Source of the DNA: Bdellovibrionota bacterium
GTDB lineage: Bacteria; Bdellovibrionota_C; UBA2361; OMIW01
Reading direction: 5' to 3'
NCBI GenBank assembly: GCA_044345055.1
Contig: JBIJBT010000162.1
Location: 1 to 10,059 of the forward strand
DNA length: 10,059 nucleotides
This document shows, in pieces, positions 1-5,487 of this stretch. Below the pieces are notes generated by a model, which was not told where the DNA came from, made no database searches, and saw nothing but the letters and a program-made list of their open reading frames with translations. Each line of letters starts with the position of its first letter. Position 1 is the stretch's first letter. The translations under genes were made by a program, and so were the position numbers.

Positions 1-447
1 TGAATGTCACTTTGTAGACAGTAGAACGCTACTTGGATATGGATTTAGTGTCGGATTTTAGGGGGTTATGTTGGTTGGGGCGGGGAACTTCGGTCTAAAG
101 GGGAATCTTAACAGTTAAATTGAGACGTAAGCGGTCATTCCACCCCGTACTCCCCCCGCACCCTCAAGTATGCGACAACCTCCAATAGACTATGTGATGG
201 CGGGGAGTCAGCTTGATCTGTAATCGACTCTTCTCCCCGCCTTTAGCTCGAGGCTGATTCCCTTCTTACCTCTATACCTCTGAGATAGAGAGGTAGGGAT
301 AGGATCTCCGAACGCAACATCTACACCGAAGGGCTGCCCTCCACCTCTTCAGCTCAGAGCCATCGAGGTCCGGGGCAACGACCTTCTTAGTTGCCCAGAG
401 CACCGGCTCTTCTCTGTCTTCAATATCTGAGGGACAAGCTCGTTTGT

Positions 448-1497
448 TCAGCTATCCCCCTCTCCCTGACCTTGCAATAAACGGGCCTGCGCCCGCGCGA
501 TTGACTCATGCAATTTTGCCTGTAGCGTTTCACGTGGAGGTAGCACGGTAAGGTACTCGGCAACGTGAATCCCGCTCTTGTCGAGCTCGAGTAGCTCGAT
601 CTGCTCTTGCTTCTTGCCGGTGCACAGGATGATGCCGAGTGGTGGGACCTCATCAGGTTCTTGCTCGTACTTTGCCAACCAGCGAAGGTAAAGCTCCATC
701 TGCCCCTTGTACTCCGCGCGGAATTCACCCACCTTGAGCTCGATGGCAACCAAGCGTTTTAGTTTGCGGTTGTAGAGCAGCAGGTCGATATAAAAATCAT
801 CGTTGTCGATCTGTACGCGCTTTTGGCGGGCGACGAAGGTGAAGCCTGCCCCCAGCTCCAAGAGGAATTGCTCCAGCTCCCGCAGAATTGCATCTTCAAG
901 GTCTTTTTCCAGATAGCGGTCCTGCAGGCCGAGAAAATCGAGGATGTAGGGGTCTTTGAGCAGGAGGGCCTGCGATGGTTTTTGCTCTTCCCGCAGCACT
1001 TGCAGGTCGTGGCGAATAGTCTCGTCCGGATGTTTGGAGATAGCTGCCCGTTCGAATAACAGCGACTGGATGCGCTCCTGCAACTGGCGGACGCTCCAGC
1101 GTTCGAGCCGACATAAATCAGTGTAAAAATCGCGCTTTATCGCATCGTCAATGGCGGCGATTAGGCGCAGATGCGACCAGCTCAATTCGGCACACAGCGT
1201 GTGCACAATCGCGGGATCGGGGTAGGTTTGGGCGAATCGGATGCAGAGGCGCAGATGGCGCGCTCCCCAACCTCGGCCAAAGTCGGCGGTCAACTCACGC
1301 GACAGCGTGGTGACTATCTCCTCGCCGTAATCGGCTCGCTGGCTTCCAAGAATCTCGCGGTGAATGCGGTCGCCGATGCGCCAGTACAGCAGAGTCAACT
1401 CGGCGTTCACCGCGACAGCGGCGCGCTGCCGGGCACCCTCAATTAGTTGCCGCAGTTCGGCCACGAGCGCGGTATTGGTCGTTGGTAGAGTGCTCAT
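448..1497 (-). CDS. YhcG/DUF1016 family PD-(D/E)XK nuclease domain protein (copy 1)
   Basis: Family motifs VNAELTLLYWRIG, LSWSHLRLI, KDPYILDFLGL, FLLELGAGFTFVARQKR, catalytic-type IDLLLY...AIELK, GIILC. Start taken at ATG 1497; an in-frame GTG at 1506 is the alternative. Confidence 0.92.
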   Translation of the reverse strand: MSTLPTTNTALVAELRQLIEGARQRAAVAVNAELTLLYWRIGDRIHREILGSQRADYGEEIVTTLSRELTADFGRGWGARHLRLCIRFAQTYPDPAIVHTLCAELSWSHLRLIAAIDDAIKRDFYTDLCRLERWSVRQLQERIQSLLFERAAISKHPDETIRHDLQVLREEQKPSQALLLKDPYILDFLGLQDRYLEKDLEDAILRELEQFLLELGAGFTFVARQKRVQIDNDDFYIDLLLYNRKLKRLVAIELKVGEFRAEYKGQMELYLRWLAKYEQEPDEVPPLGIILCTGKKQEQIELLELDKSGIHVAEYLTVLPPRETLQAKLHESIARAQARLLQGQGEGDS

Positions 1498-1650
1498 AGT
1501 AACCACTTCATTTTCGATGAGTAGTGTGATTTATCGGTTTGACCGCGAAACGATCCTGCCACTCCTCCCAAAAAACCTCCACCTCCGTCACTTACCACGG
1601 CAGGATCAATTCAGAGCAAAGACTCGAACATTAAAAATGCTGAATCAAAC

Positions 1651-2697
1651 TTATTCTTCATCTCCACCCCCATCGTCCACCAACCCTGCCGATAGTTCTG
1701 CCTCTAGCTCTTCGATGCTCGGCAGGCAAGTGTCCAGGGGATCGGGCAAAGCCCTTAACAGTTGGTACTCAGCGATGCCAATCGGTTTATTCATACCCGA
1801 CAGCGCATATTCAGCGACAAGGCGCTTTTTGGTCTTACATAGCAATAGACCTATGGTCGGGTGGTCATCAGGGGCTTTTATCTGCCGATCTACCGCCGCA
1901 AGGTAAAAGTTGAGTTGACCGGCATGCTCGGGCTTAAAGGCGGTGGCCTTCAGTTCAACCACGATATGGCACTTGAGGCGGGTGTGGTAGAAGAGAAGAT
2001 CGAGGAAGAATTCGTCTCCATCGACCTCCAACCTGACCTGGCGACCGAGGAAGGCGAAGCCTTGACCGAGCTCGAGCAAGAATCGAGTAATGTGGCGCAT
2101 GAGCGCCTGCTCGATGTCGCGCTCGTGGGCCTCCTCGCCGAGACCGAGGAAATCAAGCCGATAAGGGTCCTTGAGCACCGCAGCAGCCAGATCGGCATGC
2201 TCAGACGGGAGGCGCTCAGCGAAGTTAGTCAGAGCGCCCCCCTGGCGCAGGTGCAACTGACTCCGGATCTGACCGATGAGAACATCGCGGGACCAGCCCC
2301 GGGCGACGGCCTCCTCGGCATACCACGCGCGCACCTGAGGGTCGGCCACCTGAGTGATCAGGGTGACAATATGGAACCAAGGTAATTGGGCAGCGGCCTG
2401 CTGCCCAATTTGGAGGTCGGGGCACTCTTGCGCGAAGTGCTTCATATACTTGAGATTCCGGCTCGATAGCCCCTTCATGTCGGGGAACGCGGCGCGCAGG
2501 TCGGCGGAGAGGTGGTCTATGACCTTGGCGCCCCAGCCCTCTCGGCTTTGACGGGAGAGGATGTCGCGGCCCAGGTCATGATAGAGAGCAATCAGCTCGG
2601 CATTGGCGGCGAGGGCAGCTCGAGTGCGAGCACCAGCGATGCGCGTCTTGAGGCTGTCCAGCCAGGTAGCGTATTCGGCGGGGATAACGGTGGTCAT
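1651..2697 (-). CDS. YhcG/DUF1016 family PD-(D/E)XK nuclease domain protein (copy 2)
   Basis: 348 aa; GWGAKVIDHLSADL, LPWFHIV, KDPYRLDFLGL, FLLELGQGFAFLGRQ, LDLLFYH...VVELK, GQLNFYL, IGLLLCK, PIGIAEY. Confidence 0.93.
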   Translation of the reverse strand: MTTVIPAEYATWLDSLKTRIAGARTRAALAANAELIALYHDLGRDILSRQSREGWGAKVIDHLSADLRAAFPDMKGLSSRNLKYMKHFAQECPDLQIGQQAAAQLPWFHIVTLITQVADPQVRAWYAEEAVARGWSRDVLIGQIRSQLHLRQGGALTNFAERLPSEHADLAAAVLKDPYRLDFLGLGEEAHERDIEQALMRHITRFLLELGQGFAFLGRQVRLEVDGDEFFLDLLFYHTRLKCHIVVELKATAFKPEHAGQLNFYLAAVDRQIKAPDDHPTIGLLLCKTKKRLVAEYALSGMNKPIGIAEYQLLRALPDPLDTCLPSIEELEAELSAGLVDDGGGDEE

Positions 2698-2928
2698 AGC
2701 TGGCAGCTCGTTTTATGAAGTGCCCGGCTCCAAAGCTCTGAGCTGAGGCCACGCGGGCAGTGATCGTGGGCAGTGGTGTTATTAAAGCAGACTTCACCCA
2801 CCTCGAAAAAACACCGCAACTCATGCTGCATGAGAATAAATATCGGCGCAATCTCGCCTTAAACGAGGCATAGCTGTGGGTGATTTGATACGTTCTTAGC
2901 GATGAGGCTCGGGGTGAGGATTTAGCAC

Positions 2929-2958
2929 TTGAGACTATCCAGCAAAATGTCGTATATT
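2929..2958 (+). promoter_or_regulatory. Candidate sigma70 promoter for DUF6088-like gene 1
   Basis: TTGAGA (2929-2934), 18-bp spacer, TATATT (2953-2958); the -10 lies inside the first tandem repeat unit. Confidence 0.35.
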
Positions 2959-2987
2959 GACAGTATACAAATGTCGTATTTTGACAG
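2945..2987 (+). repeat. Tandem 19-bp direct repeat (period 24), probable operator
   Basis: AAATGTCGTATATTGACAG (2945-2963) and AAATGTCGTATTTTGACAG (2969-2987), 18/19 identical; each unit contains a TGTC-N7-GACA dyad. Confidence 0.85.
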
Positions 2988-2998
2988 ACTTAAAGCCT

Positions 2999-3415
2999 AT
3001 GCCGAAGCGAACCCTAAAGCAAAAAATGGAGACTCGTATCAACCGGCGAAAAGGCGACGTAGTGCTGCGTGCTGACTTTGCTGATCTTGGTGACTATGAC
3101 CAGGTGGGGCGGGTTCTGCGGATTCTTGTTAAGGAGGAAATTCTCGTTAAGCTTGGCCAGGGAATATACGCAAAGGCAAAACGCTCTGCCTTGACGGGAG
3201 AGTTGGTACCTCAAGGAGGAATAATTCAGGCGACTCGAGAGGCTCTCACAAAACTCGGGGTAAAGGTTCTTCCATCATCTTTAGAGCGCGCCTACAACGC
3301 CGATTCATCAACGCAGGTCCCTACTAGTAGACTCATCGGCACAAACAAACGAGTCCGGCGGGTGATTCGGTACGGCTCCGTTCAAATGAGCTTCGAGCAT
3401 ATTATGACCCGATAG
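2999..3415 (+). CDS. DUF6088-like / AbiEi-related winged-helix protein (copy 1)
   Basis: MPKRTLKQKMETRINRRKGDVVLRADFADLGDYDQVGRVLRILVKEEILVKLGQGIY...STQVPT. ATG 2999 preferred to TTG 2957 because it aligns with the paralogue's start and the extension is the repeat region. Confidence 0.8.
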   Translation: MPKRTLKQKMETRINRRKGDVVLRADFADLGDYDQVGRVLRILVKEEILVKLGQGIYAKAKRSALTGELVPQGGIIQATREALTKLGVKVLPSSLERAYNADSSTQVPTSRLIGTNKRVRRVIRYGSVQMSFEHIMTR

Positions 3416-3463
3416 CCTGGCGAGTCCCGCTCAGCGAGCAAAGGTGAAGGGAGCAGAGGATCC

Positions 3464-3636
3464 GAACCGTCCGAATTAGCTCTCCACCATGTCGAGCACA
3501 TCCATTTCCTGCGGTACGAACAGATGTCCGCGGGTAATCGTGTTCACCTCAATTTTTATCTGTGCGCCCGGAATCTTCTAAAGGAACACATTCATCGCAG
3601 TGCCACCTTCTGGGCGTGGTATGTGGGTGATATCAT
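3464..3636 (-). pseudogene. abiEii: Degraded AbiEii/AbiGii-family nucleotidyltransferase toxin remnant
   Basis: ATG 3636 overlaps the abiEi stop (ATGA). Reads MISPTYHAQ, frameshift, EGGTAMNVFL*KIPGAQIKIEVNTITRGHLFVPQEMDVLDMVES*FGRF. GGTA and QIKIEVN are AbiEii-type motifs; the intervening S-x-D-x-D segment and the C-terminal part are absent. Confidence 0.8.
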
Positions 3637-4400
3637 GGTTGCACAAGCTCTTGCGGTACGGTGATGGCAAATTCAGCGATATATGCGCCGCCTTTTGTAA
3701 TGGTACGGTCGCCACTGCCGAGCGTTACTTTGCCGCGATCGAGTCGCTTCAACCAGCTATGCCCTGCTCGGCTAGCGAGATAGAGAAACAGACGTTTGAC
3801 TTTGATCGAGGTACATTGCTCCAAGAGCTGTTGCACCAATCGAGGGCGCAGGGTCGTCAGACCTTCCATCACGTGAGCGCATTCCACGATATCAATCGCA
3901 TCTGGCGAAAGGAACAGACACTCGAATATGGCGCGCTCGGGCGCGGAGATGCGGATGGAGAAGGTTTTTTCCTCAAAGTCCGTCAGCCCCAATTTGTCCG
4001 GCAGGATGGAGGTGCGGACAAGCTGAATGCTCGTATTCCAGTCATGGCTTTTGAACCAAGCGGGGTATGGAGTTTTGGGCGGTGCGAAGAGGAATACCTG
4101 TTCTGACCCCATGCGGACATAATGCGCAAAACCCGTCATCGAGAGCGCAGTCAACGCCCCAACATGAATTGGTAGGCTCGCCTGCTGTTGGAGCGCATAC
4201 AGCCCACCCTGCCAACCAACCGTGTCGTGTGGCCGAATAAACGCCCCCCGCCCAATAGCAGTAAGCCAACCACTCCGGCGATAGTAAGCCTGTAGGTCAC
4301 GCGATATCTTGGCCCGCTCAAGCCATGCAGCAAGGCAAACCGCACCTTGCGTCTGCAGCGCCAACATTTTCTGTAGTTTATGCTCAGTATCTGTAGCCAT
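3633..4400 (-). CDS. abiEi: Type IV toxin-antitoxin AbiEi family antitoxin (AbiEi_3_N + AbiEi_3 type)
   Basis: 255 aa; YYRRSGWLTAIGRGAF, IHVGALTALSMTGFAHY, ISAPERAIFECL, MEGLTTLRPRLVQQLLEQCTSIKVKRLFLYLA, LGSGDR, ITVP; coupled to an AbiEii remnant. Confidence 0.92.
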   Translation of the reverse strand: MATDTEHKLQKMLALQTQGAVCLAAWLERAKISRDLQAYYRRSGWLTAIGRGAFIRPHDTVGWQGGLYALQQQASLPIHVGALTALSMTGFAHYVRMGSEQVFLFAPPKTPYPAWFKSHDWNTSIQLVRTSILPDKLGLTDFEEKTFSIRISAPERAIFECLFLSPDAIDIVECAHVMEGLTTLRPRLVQQLLEQCTSIKVKRLFLYLASRAGHSWLKRLDRGKVTLGSGDRTITKGGAYIAEFAITVPQELVQP

Positions 4401-4410
4401 ACTACAGATA
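4388..4410. promoter_or_regulatory. Perfect inverted repeat over the abiEi start codon, candidate AbiEi operator
   Basis: TATCTGTAG (4388-4396) CCATA CTACAGATA (4402-4410); additional TCTGTAG half-site at 4370-4376. Confidence 0.65.
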
Positions 4411-4435
4411 ATACGATATATAAGCTGAAATGCAA
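4408..4435 (-). promoter_or_regulatory. Candidate sigma70 promoter for abiEi (leaderless)
   Basis: Minus strand TTGCAT (4435-4430), 16 bp, TATTAT (4413-4408), 7 nt, then ATG; no Shine-Dalgarno. Confidence 0.5.
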
Positions 4436-4525
4436 AGCGGAATCAGGCTCAGGAGTTTTAGCTGTGTCCCCGAAATATTGGTAAAAACGCAAATTCGCTC
4501 ATTTTATTTTAAATTTCCTACGAAT

Positions 4526-4564
4526 AAGGTCGTATATTTGTAGGTAGAGAATGTCGTATGTTTG
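4526..4564 (+). repeat. Tandem 15-bp direct repeat (period 24), probable operator
   Basis: AAGGTCGTATATTTG (4526-4540) and AATGTCGTATGTTTG (4550-4564), 13/15 identical; same GTCGTAT core and spacing as 2945-2987. Confidence 0.75.
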
Positions 4565-4577
4565 CGCACCTATTCCA

Positions 4578-4994
4578 ATGAGACCCTCGAGAACAATCAC
4601 TGATGCAATTCGTCGCCGCCTTTCTCGAAAAAGAGGGAACGTTTTCTTGCGCGCCGATTTTGAAGACCTCGGTGGCTACGATCAGGTAGGTCGATGCTTG
4701 CGAAACTTGGTAAAGGATGGAGCTCTCCTAAAGATTGGCTACGGCCTCTATGTAAGGGCAAAAACCTCCGCTCTAACGGGAGAGATCGTCCCCACAAAAC
4801 CTCTGCCCGATCTCGCCCGTGAGGCACTTGCTCGCCTTGATGTTCCCGTTGTCCTGACCAAGGCTGAGATAGACTACCGAGATGATCTGTCCACTCAAGT
4901 TCCTACCGGCCGGAGGATAGGGGTACGAGGGCGCATTAGCAGAAAAATCTCTCTTCGTAATGCCGAAATATCGTATGAACGAGTATCCCTTTGA
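4578..4994 (+). CDS. DUF6088-like / AbiEi-related winged-helix protein (copy 2)
   Basis: MRPSRTITDAIRRRLSRKRGNVFLRADFEDLGGYDQVGRCLRNLVKDGALLKIGYGLY...STQVPTGR; clear paralogue of 2999-3415, both 138 aa from these starts. ATG 4551 lies inside the repeat. Confidence 0.8.
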   Translation: MRPSRTITDAIRRRLSRKRGNVFLRADFEDLGGYDQVGRCLRNLVKDGALLKIGYGLYVRAKTSALTGEIVPTKPLPDLAREALARLDVPVVLTKAEIDYRDDLSTQVPTGRRIGVRGRISRKISLRNAEISYERVSL

Positions 4995-5154
4995 TGCGGC
5001 GATCCTGCTCCATTTACTTGCTCCTCTCAAGCTCAGAGGCGGAGAGGTTTGGGATAGGTGTTGATAATTTCTGAGTTTCCTGCCGTACGCGGAAAAAGTT
5101 GCCTGTGGTTACAGCCAATAGCCTACTGTTGCGGCCTTATCCGGACGAAAGCGA

Positions 5155-5183
5155 TTGACAATCGGCTTCTGCATTAATATCTT
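5155..5183 (+). promoter_or_regulatory. Sigma70 promoter for the HTH-SNF2-methyltransferase operon
   Basis: TTGACA (5155-5160), 17 bp, TATCTT (5178-5183); the -35 is embedded in the palindrome CGATTG-A-CAATCG (5152-5164). Confidence 0.6.
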
Positions 5184-5277
5184 CGTGAATGTTTTAGGTT
5201 GGGAAAAATGTGCCAAGCATCTCCATTTCCGCCTCTGGCGTGGCAAGCAAACCTATCGCCCATGAGGAGCTAGAAAA

Positions 5278-5487
5278 ATGATCGAGATAGAAGATCGCTG
5301 GTTATCAGTGGACGAGATGGGCAAGTACCTCGGCGTCAGTAGCGATACCGTTTACCGCTGGATTGACAAGCACTCGATGCCCGCTCATCGCATGGGCCGT
5401 CTTTGGAAGTTCAAGAAAGACGAAGTCGACGAGTGGGTGAAAGCTGGCGGCGCGGCCGATCGCAACAAGAGGGATTCGGGCGCATGA
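5278..5487 (+). CDS. Excisionase-family (HTH_17) helix-turn-helix protein, MAD1-like putative regulator
   Basis: 69 aa, RWLSVDEMGKYLGVSSDTVYRWI...MPAHRMGRLWKFKKDEVDEWV; GAGGAG RBS at 5264-5269; stop overlaps the next start (ATGA). Confidence 0.9.
   Translation: MIEIEDRWLSVDEMGKYLGVSSDTVYRWIDKHSMPAHRMGRLWKFKKDEVDEWVKAGGAADRNKRDSGA

Noticed and set aside
40..120. Possible dif/Xer-like site or IS3-like end (GTGTCGGATTTTAGGGGGTTATGTT; ACAGTTAAAT)
   Set aside because: Only partial matches; no convincing XerC arm, terminal CA, partner repeat or recombinase in the window.
2698..2928. Possible small gene or gene remnant (ORF 2576-2851; palindrome CTCATG-CTG-CATGAG at 2820-2834)
   Set aside because: ORF overlaps the YhcG start and has no recognisable homology; the palindrome is short.
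2945..2987. CRISPR array or plasmid iterons
   Set aside because: Only two units with a 5-bp gap; no cas or rep gene nearby.
3600..4106. 168-aa + strand ORF, and similar shadow ORFs such as 1364-1906, 1861-2385, 5802-6305, 9356-9832
   Set aside because: Antisense to well-supported genes, with no recognisable motifs.
5000..5050. Weak terminator (CCTCTC...GAGAGG-TTT) and loose similarity to 3436-3461 and 1551-1570
   Set aside because: Short stem, minimal U-tract, and gapped low-complexity similarity consistent with chance.
5403..5483. 27-aa N-terminal extension of the SNF2 ORF from TTG 5403
   Set aside because: Lies inside the HTH gene; ATG 5484 has an RBS-like sequence and an ATGA overlap.
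5278..5487. Prophage excisionase function
   Set aside because: No integrase or phage genes in the window; coupling to the helicase-MTase operon fits a regulator better.
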